From contig CAZBLS010000001.1 of the NCBI GenBank assembly GCA_964492705.1, forward strand, positions 5,281 to 69,280: DNA of 64,000 nt. The letters run 5' to 3'. This DNA is from an uncultured Oscillospiraceae bacterium (GTDB taxonomy: Bacteria > Bacillota > Clostridia > Christensenellales > QALW01). Shown piece by piece: positions 38,932-48,541 of this stretch. Made by a program: the position numbers and the translations under genes. Numbering within the stretch: the first letter of the stretch is position 1; each line of letters starts with the position of its first letter. The notes beneath the pieces were generated by a model. It made no database searches, was not told the DNA's origin, and saw only the letters and a program-made list of their open reading frames with translations.

Positions 38932-40233
38932 TTACTGTTTTTCCTCTTTTTCTTCTTCCTCGGGCTTAACCTTTACACTTATTTCTTCCGTATGTAAGCC
39001 GTCGGCTTTGAGCACCGTAACGGTAAGATTTCTGTACTCAAACGTAAATCCCTCATCGGGAATGCTTCCGCTGTGTTCGGTTATCCAACCGTTTACCGTA
39101 GCGGATTCCGTCTCCGTATCCTCGGGCAGGTCAAAGAACTCAAAGAACTCGTCAATAGGCGTGGATGACAAAACCGTAAAGTTGTCTTCCCCCGTCTTTA
39201 CTATATTCTCTACTTCCTCATCCTGTTCGTCCCAAATTTCGCCCACAAGTTCTTCCAAAATATCTTCCATCGTAACAAGACCTGCGGTTCCGCCGTATTC
39301 ATCCACCACGATTACCATATGGTTGTGGTCCATTTGCATATCTCTGAAAAGAGCATCCAAATGTACGCTTTCGGGTACGAAAGTAGGTTCAAACACCGCC
39401 TTGGACAGATTGAAATCTTCTTCGTTGCGTTTAAAAAGATAATCTCTTACGTAAAGTATGCCCGTAATATTGTCCACACTGTCCGTATACACGGGAATAC
39501 GGGAATAACCGCTTTCGTCCACGGTCTTCATTATCGTTTCGTCGGAAGCGTCACTCTGAATAAGTTCCATTGAACTGCGCGGTGTCATAATGTCCGCAGC
39601 AGTAAGTTTTTCAAGTTGAAAAACGTTTTTGATGTACTCGATATCGTTAACGTCAATGGTTCCGTCCTCGGCACCGGCATCAAGCATACTTACTATATCT
39701 TCCTGCGAAACGCTTTCTTTCCCCTCGGGGTCTATGCCGAAAATACGTACCAACACGCCTGCGGTTTTATTTAAGCAAAACGTTACGGGGTGCAAAATGA
39801 AGGCAAAGAAAAGATTAAACGAGCAGGTAACGTATGCAGTCTTTTCTTTTTTTCCGCCTACGATCGCTTCGGGCACGGCATATGAAAAAAGTGCGAAGAA
39901 GATGACCGTTATAAGCGTTACCGTCGCCGACGATACTGCTTTTTCAAAAAACTGCGGTTCTTTTGAAAACATTGTTCTTGCAAGTGGGGTTGTCAAATTG
40001 AGCACGCCTAATGTAAGTGCAAAGCCTACACACAAAAGTTTAAGCAGATTTTGACTTGCCTGATATTTGGTGGGATCTTCGGCAATTTTTTGCAACCTTT
40101 TTGCCTTTTTATCTCCCTCTTCCGCCTTTAACTTAACTTTTGATGCGTTTATTTCTCCAACAGATATCTGTGCAGTATGGGCAAAAGCCGTCAGAAATGC
40201 AAGAAGAATAATTATCAATATTGTTTCACCCAT
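38932..40233 (-). CDS. hemolysin-family / CNNM (DUF21-CBS-CorC) transporter
   Basis: N-terminal DUF21 TM helices, CBS pair, C-terminal CorC_HlyC domain. Preferred ATG at 40233 (AAGGAAG 8-9 nt upstream). Confidence 0.8.
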   Translation of the reverse strand: MGETILIIILLAFLTAFAHTAQISVGEINASKVKLKAEEGDKKAKRLQKIAEDPTKYQASQNLLKLLCVGFALTLGVLNLTTPLARTMFSKEPQFFEKAVSSATVTLITVIFFALFSYAVPEAIVGGKKEKTAYVTCSFNLFFAFILHPVTFCLNKTAGVLVRIFGIDPEGKESVSQEDIVSMLDAGAEDGTIDVNDIEYIKNVFQLEKLTAADIMTPRSSMELIQSDASDETIMKTVDESGYSRIPVYTDSVDNITGILYVRDYLFKRNEEDFNLSKAVFEPTFVPESVHLDALFRDMQMDHNHMVIVVDEYGGTAGLVTMEDILEELVGEIWDEQDEEVENIVKTGEDNFTVLSSTPIDEFFEFFDLPEDTETESATVNGWITEHSGSIPDEGFTFEYRNLTVTVLKADGLHTEEISVKVKPEEEEKEEKQ

Positions 40234-40377
40234 AAAAAGCACTTCCTTTTCCTATAAACTTTTTGGGTGAGTTGCTTACTTAAATTGCAACTTCGGGGCA
40301 GCGGATCCGTAAAAACCAACTCCTTTTTAAAATAAATTTCCAATATTGTACCACATAGAACGATTATGCGCAACTTT

Positions 40378-41496
40378 TTATTTTATCCAACTTTTTCTGT
40401 TTTTATCAAGATCGATATTCGTTTTGCCGTAAAGTGCCATTTGCATTTTCTGTGCCGCTACGGGAAAATCCACTTTCCAATACCAAATTCTACCCGATGA
40501 TTCTTTAACCCTGAACTCCGTAGCACAGTCACTGTCGGGCAAGGAAACCGTTTTTACCGTGTAATTGAGCCATCCGTTCAAAAGTGCATCGGTGGCAAGG
40601 GACACTGCCTGTGTACCCGAATATCCCGTGCGGATATAAGGTATAACGTCATTCACAAGAGAGATCATCTTCGTTTTACTGTAACTTTTCATCTTTTCGA
40701 TTATCTTGCCTATAACTTTCTGCTGTCTGCCAACTCTTGCTTCGTCACCGCCCGTTTCGTGACGGATACGCATATATATAAGTGCCTGTTCGCCGTTTAA
40801 ATGCTGTGTGCCCGCTTTAACAGAAGTCCAATTTTCATTCATATACTCGGCTTCGGCAGACGTTATTTCAACATCTATTCCTCCGAGTTTGTCTATTATT
40901 TTGGGAAGCGAATAAAAATTTACCACCGCATAGTTATCTATTTTTATTTTATAGTAGGATTCTATCATTTCTATTTGATAGGCGGGTCCTTTATAACTGC
41001 AAGCGTGATGCAGTTTTTCAAACTTACCGCTGTGGGGAATATAGCAGTACTGATCGCGCAGTACCGATGCGAGAGTAATTGTCTTTGTATTATGGTTAAG
41101 TGAAAATATAACCATTGCATCTGCACGGGAATTTACGTTCATATCCTCGTTATCCATACCGATAAGCAGGATATTCTGCACCCCGTCATCCTTTACGGGT
41201 GCACCGTTGTTCATCCAATTTTTGATATTTTCCTGCAAACTGCCTGCCTCGGAGGGATGGGTAAACCCGTCACTGTCGGTAGCCATCGGTTCAACGGTTC
41301 CGCCCGTATCGATTATCTTACCGTCATCTATATGCTGTGCATCATCTGTGGGAACGTACACCGTTCCGCTGTTCATTCTGCCCAAATACCATACCGCAAT
41401 ACCGTATGCCGAGCCTAATACAAGAATAACAATACACAGTGCCACCGCTATTATCTGAAAAAACAGTGTTGCGGGGTCGTTTGTCTTAAACAGCAT
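40378..41496 (-). CDS. LCP (LytR-CpsA-Psr) family protein, paralog 1
   Basis: N-terminal TM helix, NILLIGMDN...RADAMVIFS LCP core. Start at ATG 41496 behind AAGGAGAA. The longer ORF-track version lacks support. Confidence 0.8.
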   Translation of the reverse strand: MLFKTNDPATLFFQIIAVALCIVILVLGSAYGIAVWYLGRMNSGTVYVPTDDAQHIDDGKIIDTGGTVEPMATDSDGFTHPSEAGSLQENIKNWMNNGAPVKDDGVQNILLIGMDNEDMNVNSRADAMVIFSLNHNTKTITLASVLRDQYCYIPHSGKFEKLHHACSYKGPAYQIEMIESYYKIKIDNYAVVNFYSLPKIIDKLGGIDVEITSAEAEYMNENWTSVKAGTQHLNGEQALIYMRIRHETGGDEARVGRQQKVIGKIIEKMKSYSKTKMISLVNDVIPYIRTGYSGTQAVSLATDALLNGWLNYTVKTVSLPDSDCATEFRVKESSGRIWYWKVDFPVAAQKMQMALYGKTNIDLDKNRKSWIK

Positions 41497-41622
41497 ATTT
41501 TTCTCCTTAAAAACCTTTTCTTTCACTTTACCAATTTTAACATATATGCGCCGATTTATCAAACGGAAAAGCAAAATTTCGTTCGACAAAAAAACCTCCC
41601 GAATGTCGGGAGGCATAAATTA

Positions 41623-42795
41623 TCATATCCAACTTTTTCTGTTTTTTTCAAGTTCGATGTTTGTTTTACCGTAAAGCGCCGTTTGAAGTTTCTGTGCCGC
41701 AATGGGGAAATCCACTTTCCAGTACCAAAGATTGTCCTCCGAATTGGTAAATCCCTTTGCACAGGCATCGTCGGGAAGAATCACCTGATTTATCGAGTAA
41801 TGAAACCAACCGTCGGTAAGAGCGGTGGTGGCATAAGCCAAAATTTCGTTAGGTTGCAATCCCGTACGGATATAAGGTATCATAGAATTCACTATGGATA
41901 TAAGTTGCGTAAGTGAGCATTCCTTTGCCTTGTCAATCATATTCATTATGACCTTGCGCTGTCTTCCCGTCCTTGCGGTATCTCCGCCGGTGGAACCCTT
42001 ACGTATACGCATATAAGTCAGTGCGTGCGCACCGTTTACCGTCATATCGCTTTCGCCGTAGGGAATATCCCATCCGCAGGTATCTTTAAGATACTTTGCC
42101 TCGTTGGATTCAAGATGAATATTTATTCCGCCCATCGCATCTATTACGTGGGTAACCGAAGCGAAGTTTACTATAACGTAGTTATCTATCGTAACTTTAT
42201 AGTACCGTTCTATCATCTGTATAAGGGTAGCCGGACCGTAGTTAAGGGAATGATGCAATTTGGTAAAAGTACCTTTATTGCTGTGTACAAGATAAATATA
42301 CTGATCCCTCATAAGCGACGAAAGAGTAATTGTTTTCGTCCTGCGGTTTACGGAAAGAATCATCATGGCATCGGCTCTGCCCTTATCAGAAAGAGTCTGT
42401 TTATAATCGTCATCCATACCGATTAGCAGGATATTGGTAACCTCAGAATCGTAAACGGCTGTACCGTTGTTCATCCACTGCTTTATATTTTCCTTTAAAC
42501 TGTTAAGTTGCGAGGGATGTATAATTTCCGCAGGATTCTCGCTTACTTCATTTTCGTCGGGAGGAGGTGTTTCCAATTCGCCGTATTGGGGAATATCCGC
42601 ATTATTACCCTCGCCGATAACCGTACCGCTGTTAATATCCACGCCCTGTGTCGGATCGTATTTTTCTCCGCTTATACGCCCGAAATAGGCATTCCATCCC
42701 ACAAGCAGACCGCCTGTAACTACTATTGCAATTGTAAGTGCGACCGCAACTACCTGCAACCACCAACTTACGTTATCTCGTGTTTCGAAAAGCAT
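41623..42795 (-). CDS. LCP (LytR-CpsA-Psr) family protein, paralog 2
   Basis: NILLIGMDD...RADAMMILS core. Start at ATG 42795 behind AAGGAG. The C-terminus LYGKTNIELEKNRKSWI is nearly identical to that of paralog 1. Confidence 0.8.
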   Translation of the reverse strand: MLFETRDNVSWWLQVVAVALTIAIVVTGGLLVGWNAYFGRISGEKYDPTQGVDINSGTVIGEGNNADIPQYGELETPPPDENEVSENPAEIIHPSQLNSLKENIKQWMNNGTAVYDSEVTNILLIGMDDDYKQTLSDKGRADAMMILSVNRRTKTITLSSLMRDQYIYLVHSNKGTFTKLHHSLNYGPATLIQMIERYYKVTIDNYVIVNFASVTHVIDAMGGINIHLESNEAKYLKDTCGWDIPYGESDMTVNGAHALTYMRIRKGSTGGDTARTGRQRKVIMNMIDKAKECSLTQLISIVNSMIPYIRTGLQPNEILAYATTALTDGWFHYSINQVILPDDACAKGFTNSEDNLWYWKVDFPIAAQKLQTALYGKTNIELEKNRKSWI

Positions 42796-42956
42796 TTTTT
42801 TCACTCCTTAAAATCGGAATAAGGTTATTATACACCATTTTTCGATATCTGTACACTTTTTTTATTCTAAAAGAAAATATTTTCCCGCTTTATGCAATTG
42901 ACTTAAACCGAAATTTGTGATACCATTCTTTCAGTAATATATTTACGGAGGAATTT

Positions 42957-43883
42957 ATGCAAGAGTTTACGGTGGCAATACTGTTGGCAACGCACAACAG
43001 CGAAAAATATCTTCCCTGCCAAATTGACAGTTTGATCAACCAAACCTACGGGAATATAAAAATAGTAATAAGCGACGACTCATCAAATGACAAAACCGAA
43101 GAGATAATAGAAGATTATATAAAAAAAGACTCCCGTATCTTGCGCATAAAAAGCAAAAAACGCTTAGGCAGTGCCCAAGCGAATTTTATGTTTTTGCTTC
43201 AAAATGCCCCAACAGCCGATTTTTATGCCTTTTGCGACCACGATGACAGGTGGGTAAAAGACAAGGTGGAATGTACGCTGAACAAAATGCTTGACGGCGA
43301 TATATCTTCTCCCCGTCTTGTACATTCGGATCTGTTCGTTGCCGATTCAAACCTTACCGTAATTTCAAACTCAATGTTTTCAATGCAGAAATTGCCCAAA
43401 AACCAAACTCTTGCCCAATCCCTTGTGCAAAACGGGGTAACGGGATGCACGGTGATGATAAACAACCCCTTACGCAATCTTGCACTGAAAAAAACCGATT
43501 GCGAAAATATGATAATGCACGATTGGTATCTTAATATCCTTGCCCGTATTTTCGGCTCGGTTGACTTTGTGGACCGTCCGCTTATCTTTTACCGTCAGCA
43601 CGGCAATAACGAAGTGGGTGCAAAAGACGTACGTTCACCCAAATATATTGCTTCAAGAGCCTTAAATTTAAAGAAAAACAAACAAATGCTCATATCAACG
43701 TATATGCAGATAAAAGATATTGCCGAGGTTTACGGTGATACTTTACCAAACGGATGCGACGTTGTGCGCATTTACGGTCAGTTTGAAAAATTCGGCAAAA
43801 TCAAAAAAATACACCTCTCGTTTAAATACGGTTTATGGAAAAACACCATTGTACGCCGTATAGGTCAACTGCTGTTTTTGTAA
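42957..43883 (+). CDS. family 2 glycosyltransferase
   Basis: ILLATHNSEKYL...ISDDSSNDKT...FCDHDDRW (DxD) GT-A motifs. Confidence 0.8.
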   Translation: MQEFTVAILLATHNSEKYLPCQIDSLINQTYGNIKIVISDDSSNDKTEEIIEDYIKKDSRILRIKSKKRLGSAQANFMFLLQNAPTADFYAFCDHDDRWVKDKVECTLNKMLDGDISSPRLVHSDLFVADSNLTVISNSMFSMQKLPKNQTLAQSLVQNGVTGCTVMINNPLRNLALKKTDCENMIMHDWYLNILARIFGSVDFVDRPLIFYRQHGNNEVGAKDVRSPKYIASRALNLKKNKQMLISTYMQIKDIAEVYGDTLPNGCDVVRIYGQFEKFGKIKKIHLSFKYGLWKNTIVRRIGQLLFL

Positions 43884-43885
43884 AA

Positions 43886-44608
43886 TTACTGCTGTTGCAG
43901 ATTTTTTATCTTCTCTTTTTGCGCTGATACGGTGCGTTCTTTTTTGGTCTTTAATGCGTTAAGTTTTTCGTTTAATTCATCACTTTTTTCCTTTACGCTT
44001 GTACCGTAATCTTTTTGTGCCTTTGCCCTTTCGTTTTCGGCAATACTTGATTCGCTTATTTTTTGCGAAGCCATACTGTTTTTTATACCGTTATATCGGC
44101 TGTGCAGTGTATCTTTAAGTTTATTTATGCTGTCGCCGTATTTTCTTTCCGCACTTTTTGCGCCCTCTTCGTAATCGTACTCCGCATTTTTTATTTTTTC
44201 ACTGTACTCTTTAAGTTTTTCGGCTATATTTTTCTTCTTTTCGGTCTGACTGTCGGAATTACCGCTTGAAGTCTTACCAGAAGTATTATTTGAAGTACTT
44301 CCGTCATTTTTCCCTTTGCCGTCTTGTTCTTTTTTGATTTCCTTTACCGTTTCTTTTAGGGTTGAAGCCGTCTTTATTACGCCTTCAAGCGGACTTTTTT
44401 TCTTCACTTCTGTTGTTTTATTTCCAAAATCAAGCATAATTATCGCCCCTCTCGAAAGTCCCTTGCCGTATTCTACCGCAGGGTTCTGCTTTTTTATCAC
44501 GTCTTTGCCTATTCCCGTAGCCGAAGATACGTCCGCAATGGTCTCTCCGCCTTTTGCCACGTAATAGCGTATGCCGTTTTTTCCGCTATGCACTTTTCCG
44601 TATTCCAT
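43886..44608 (-). CDS. LysM-like domain plus long coiled-coil protein (phage structural candidate, needle/plug position)
   Basis: N-terminal YYVAKGGETIADVSSATGIGKDVIKKQNPAV...LSRGAIIML fits the LysM pattern. This is followed by a K/E/S-rich region and a heptad-like C-terminal half (KLKEYSEKIKNAEYDYEE...LNEKLNALKTKKE). Confidence 0.45.
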   Translation of the reverse strand: MEYGKVHSGKNGIRYYVAKGGETIADVSSATGIGKDVIKKQNPAVEYGKGLSRGAIIMLDFGNKTTEVKKKSPLEGVIKTASTLKETVKEIKKEQDGKGKNDGSTSNNTSGKTSSGNSDSQTEKKKNIAEKLKEYSEKIKNAEYDYEEGAKSAERKYGDSINKLKDTLHSRYNGIKNSMASQKISESSIAENERAKAQKDYGTSVKEKSDELNEKLNALKTKKERTVSAQKEKIKNLQQQ

Positions 44609-44609
44609 T

Positions 44610-44954
44610 TTATCCCCTTTCCGATATTTCTATAAGTATCTGCCCGCTTGTGCCGTTGCAGGATATATCTATCCTGTTGTTGCCTTTTTTCATAGGCAGG
44701 CACACGCAATTTACCGACGGTTCAAATGTATATTCTGTGCCGTTAAGCGTAATCTCCGTATTTCCCCCACTGACCTGCAACGTAAGTTTCATTAAGGGAT
44801 CGGACCTGTAACAGCAATAATACTTGGTTAAAAATTTTCTCTTTGATACATCCATACAGTATGCCGGCATCATTTTTGCCGAAAGTTCTATATTTCTTAT
44901 GCGCTTTTCGAGTCTTGAAATTTTAAAAAGCATAAGTTCTTCATTTTGCGTCAT
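44610..44954 (-). CDS. hypothetical phage-block protein
   Basis: 114-aa ORF, 4-nt overlap with the upstream gene, beta-rich C-terminal half. No recognisable motif. Confidence 0.35.
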   Translation of the reverse strand: MTQNEELMLFKISRLEKRIRNIELSAKMMPAYCMDVSKRKFLTKYYCCYRSDPLMKLTLQVSGGNTEITLNGTEYTFEPSVNCVCLPMKKGNNRIDISCNGTSGQILIEISERG

Positions 44955-46444
44955 ATTCTCGCCCTTTCCCGTACAACGGTATATATAAACGTAAGCGGAC
45001 CAACCGAAAAATCATTTCCGCTTCCGTTGCTTATTTCAAACCCCAAAATATCACCGCCGATATCAAAGGGAACTCGGTACAGTTTATCGTTTGAAGTAAG
45101 AGTCACGTTTCTTGTCTGACTTGCTCCGTCGGCGCAAACCGTAATTTTAAGTACACCCGAGCCCGATGCGGTAAAATGCACTTCCCTCACGTGTTTTCTG
45201 CTTCCCGAAATTCCCCAATCGTTTTTCGGGCTTTTCCAACAGCCGTATATCACTCCCGACGTGGAAAGACTGTCGCCTGCTCCCCATTCGGGCACGACAC
45301 CGCTGTCACCCTGCGCCATAAGCAATTTTTCCTCATTGGAACTGCGCAAAACAGCCATACTGCGAATACTGCACCCTGCGAATATCTGCCACGAGCCGTC
45401 GTTTAATTTATATATAAGCATACCTTTCGTACCGTCGGTCTTCGTGTATGAAAGAAAATACGTACCGTTAAAGAACACACTTTGTTCTTCCTTGCACACA
45501 ACTTCGCCTTTTGCGAAAAACGAGTCTATTCTTTCGCTTATGCGCACCACGGTATTCCCCGAAAGCCTGTACACACCGTAACGGGTTGCAAAGAGAATTC
45601 CGTTACCGCAAACGCAAATACTGCCCTCGGAAATCTCACTGTCGGAATAGTATATATTTTCAATGGAAAAATCGCTCTGTGCACCCAAACTGTCAAGAGA
45701 AACTATTCCGTAACGGCAAAAAACATAGAGTGTATCGAAATAGGAAACCGCATCCAATGTATTTCCTATAATATCGCTTATATCGATATATCCGCCTGCA
45801 TCTTCCGAAATTTCAAAATTATCCGGTGCTCCCGCCTCCGAAAACCATATTCTTTGGGGATATTCCCCGTCGCCCACGCCGAACATTCGCCCGTAATGCA
45901 TAACGGTACGTTTCATATGCGGTTTATTTCCGCAGGTAACCGACCTGATCTTTCCGCCCTCGGTATAAACAAACGGTCCGCAGTTAGGTCCGCCTAACAG
46001 TGCGCAATTGTTTTTACCCTGCTTAAACTGCGTAAAATACGTAAACGTTCCCGTTATTCCGTTTTCCGCTTCCACCGCCTGTGTACCTATCCTGTTAACC
46101 GTTTCATCGTATACAAAACGGTACAGATTTCCGTTTTTTGCCGAGCAGTAAAAATTGCCGTATCCCTCTTCCCCTGCCGATACGGACTGAAACTCAAACA
46201 GTTTCACAACCGCCGAGGGCAACTGTTTTAACAGTACCTGTTCGCCGTCCCTGTTCCATTTTGCTGTTCCGAAGCCTTTTATGCGCATAAGTCTTCCGCC
46301 CTCCGTGCGCACGTTTTGGGCAAAAGGACTTTCGTCAATACTCATTACCGACTGATCGTCTCGCATATTAAGTCCCGAAAACTTTTTCATACCGTAAGCA
46401 TATTCTTTTGCTTCGTTTTGCGGTTTGGGATTTAAGTTAAGCAT
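44951..46444 (-). CDS. 497-aa beta-rich structural protein (tail hub / nozzle candidate)
   Basis: Abuts the upstream gene. N-terminal SGLNMRDDQSVMSIDESPFAQNV...G.L.RIKGF and repeated beta segments. The role is assigned only from its size and position after the adaptor-like gene. Confidence 0.4.
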   Translation of the reverse strand: MLNLNPKPQNEAKEYAYGMKKFSGLNMRDDQSVMSIDESPFAQNVRTEGGRLMRIKGFGTAKWNRDGEQVLLKQLPSAVVKLFEFQSVSAGEEGYGNFYCSAKNGNLYRFVYDETVNRIGTQAVEAENGITGTFTYFTQFKQGKNNCALLGGPNCGPFVYTEGGKIRSVTCGNKPHMKRTVMHYGRMFGVGDGEYPQRIWFSEAGAPDNFEISEDAGGYIDISDIIGNTLDAVSYFDTLYVFCRYGIVSLDSLGAQSDFSIENIYYSDSEISEGSICVCGNGILFATRYGVYRLSGNTVVRISERIDSFFAKGEVVCKEEQSVFFNGTYFLSYTKTDGTKGMLIYKLNDGSWQIFAGCSIRSMAVLRSSNEEKLLMAQGDSGVVPEWGAGDSLSTSGVIYGCWKSPKNDWGISGSRKHVREVHFTASGSGVLKITVCADGASQTRNVTLTSNDKLYRVPFDIGGDILGFEISNGSGNDFSVGPLTFIYTVVRERARI

Positions 46445-46975
46445 TTACGTCCACCTCTCCCCATTCATCACTCTGCACCCTCTCGCTTCACTTATATTAT
46501 CCACGGTGTTTCTGTAAGCGCTGTCCCATACGCTTGCCTCTGCGTGCCTGTGCTTTATATTAAGATATCTTGATACGGCAAAATATATATACGCATAAGG
46601 GTCAACCTGCGTTTCCGGCAGCACGGGTTCATCCGCCCCGAGCGCCATAGGTTTAGGCAGATAATAATACTCCACAACGGCAGTATCTATCCATTTCGGA
46701 ATATGTATAAAATCTTTTCCCGACCACGCACCCAATTTTAATCCGTTTATACCGTATGCGCTTTTAAGGGAAACAAAATCTTCTTTTAAATTCTTTATCG
46801 GTATCTCGCCGTATTCCGCATCCACACGTTCCCGTTTCACGGGACGCCATTTGTCCCTTGCAAGTATCATATATGCCGAATTTATGCACCGACCCAAGAC
46901 CTTGTCGACATTTTCGTCTTCTTCGTTTAAATCAAGCAGTTCTCTCGTGCGCTGTATCATTTCGGAAAATTTCAC
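46445..46975 (-). CDS. head-tail adaptor-like protein
   Basis: 176 aa. N-terminal MIQRTRELLDLNEEDENVDKVLGRCINSAYMILA resembles the N-terminal helix of gp6/gp4-type head completion proteins. The call is positional. Confidence 0.4.
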   Translation of the reverse strand: MKFSEMIQRTRELLDLNEEDENVDKVLGRCINSAYMILARDKWRPVKRERVDAEYGEIPIKNLKEDFVSLKSAYGINGLKLGAWSGKDFIHIPKWIDTAVVEYYYLPKPMALGADEPVLPETQVDPYAYIYFAVSRYLNIKHRHAEASVWDSAYRNTVDNISEARGCRVMNGERWT

Positions 46976-47313
46976 TTTTGCATCCTCCTTGCCTTTTCAA
47001 CCGCCTCGCTCATAGTTTCCGCTCTTTTTACTTTTTCCCGTGCCTGCAATTTTTCGTTTTCTCTGTCCATCTCTTCTATTATTTCGTTTATTCTCTCCCG
47101 TCGGTATTTTCTCGCATAGGTAAGAGTTCTCGCATCCAAAAAAGGAAAAGGAAGTTCAAGGCAAAAAGAACCGTCTTTTTGCTGTGAAGAATGAATTTCA
47201 AACTTTCCGCTCTTGCGGTTAAGCAGGATAAAATAACTGTCGTCTATTTCTTTCAGCCTATCCGTTATCCCCAAAGAATCGGAATATACGGGTATATAGT
47301 TTTCTCTCCTCAT
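46972..47313 (-). CDS. hypothetical phage-block protein
   Basis: 113 aa, AAGGGAGG RBS, charged helical C-terminus. No recognisable motif. Confidence 0.4.
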   Translation of the reverse strand: MRRENYIPVYSDSLGITDRLKEIDDSYFILLNRKSGKFEIHSSQQKDGSFCLELPFPFLDARTLTYARKYRRERINEIIEEMDRENEKLQAREKVKRAETMSEAVEKARRMQK

Positions 47314-47335
47314 ATTTTTCCTCCCTTATTTAAAA

Positions 47336-47364
47336 TCCGACAGCCCTTTTTCGGGGCTGTCGGA
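47336..47364 (-). terminator. stable hairpin immediately after the coat gene
   Basis: 11-bp stem TCCGACAGCCC / GGGCTGTCGGA on the minus strand, followed by ATTTTAAAT and then the next gene's RBS. Confidence 0.45.
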
Positions 47365-47374
47365 AAAAGTAATA

Positions 47375-48520
47375 TTATTTCTCTGTTATTCCGGAAAGTT
47401 TTGCCTGTCCGCAAGGCAGGAAGCACATAAGGTTTGCATACTTAACAAGCGTTGCGGTATACGCCGCCTTGCCTGCCTCCTGTTTAAGTACCGTTCCTCC
47501 CTCGCCTTCAAGCCACTGCCAATCGCAAAGTTGATGCATATCAAACAGTGTAGTATCAAGCAAGTACATACTTCCGCTCGGACAATATCTGTCTGCTACC
47601 ACGGGAATACCCGAATAACTTATTGCCCTGTAACCGCCCTCCAATTCCACGGGATTAACGTTGCGTTTTGTGCTCTCCAAATAATTTTGGTACGCTCTGC
47701 GCACGCCGTAGGAACAGGTAATAAAGTCGGTTTTGCCACCGCTTGCTTCCTCTGCCGCATCAATGGCGGTCTGTATCTTTATATCGCTTATTTCTCCCGT
47801 CGAAGTCTCCACGTAAGGTTTAAGCCAATTCTTTTTACTTGTTGAAATTCCGTACAAACTGCTCGGGAGCGAAAAGAACGTTTCAAGTCCGTTAAGTTCC
47901 TTGCCGTAAGTGTCGCCGTTATATACGACCGTGCCCTCTGTAAGGGTAAGGCTTTCGCTTACCGTAACCTGATTTCCGTTTACCGCCGTAACAACACACT
48001 CCACCATAGTTGACGGTGCGACAAGCCTGAGTTTCATACCCGTTTTAACCCGTGAAGCGTCATCCATATTAAAACTTGTTTTTGAAGAAACAGCCGCCGT
48101 AACGGTGCCGAGTTTATCCTTTCCGTCACCGTAAAGCATACGTGAAAACTTCTGTTTTGCGGCGGAAATAAGTCCTTCCATTTCCGCATTGAGCAAATTA
48201 ACCACCGCACCCTCGGTATCAGCCGAAGCACGCAATGCCTTATCGGTAATCTGTATTGTACCGTAAAGGTTTTTAAGTTCCGATTTAAGCACTGCATATT
48301 TGTTTGAATCCGCCTCGGGCAAAGCATCGTATTCGCCCAAAGCCGCAATGCCCGAAGAAAGTTCGTAGCATACGGGTTTTAAAATTTCTTTACCCGTAAC
48401 AAAACTCTCCGTAGCCTTGAACTTTTGATATAAGGGGCTTATCGAATTATTCAAATTATTGATAAGCACGTCAAGATAGTAACTTTTTAATGCCGAATTA
48501 ACCGTTGAAACCGAAATCAT
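47375..48520 (-). CDS. major capsid (coat) protein
   Basis: 381 aa, strongest RBS of the block (GAGGAGAG), located directly after the scaffold-like gene. The N-terminal pattern and size are compatible with an HK97-fold coat protein. No search was possible. Confidence 0.6.
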   Translation of the reverse strand: MISVSTVNSALKSYYLDVLINNLNNSISPLYQKFKATESFVTGKEILKPVCYELSSGIAALGEYDALPEADSNKYAVLKSELKNLYGTIQITDKALRASADTEGAVVNLLNAEMEGLISAAKQKFSRMLYGDGKDKLGTVTAAVSSKTSFNMDDASRVKTGMKLRLVAPSTMVECVVTAVNGNQVTVSESLTLTEGTVVYNGDTYGKELNGLETFFSLPSSLYGISTSKKNWLKPYVETSTGEISDIKIQTAIDAAEEASGGKTDFITCSYGVRRAYQNYLESTKRNVNPVELEGGYRAISYSGIPVVADRYCPSGSMYLLDTTLFDMHQLCDWQWLEGEGGTVLKQEAGKAAYTATLVKYANLMCFLPCGQAKLSGITEK

Positions 48521-48541
48521 ATTTTTCTCTCCTCATTTAAA

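Noticed and set aside
41497-41616. N-terminal 40-aa extension of the first LCP gene, and the 69-aa ORF at 41559-41768
   Set aside because: The extension lacks an RBS. The paralog alignment (MLFKTND / MLFETRD) and AAGGAGAA point to the ATG at 41496.
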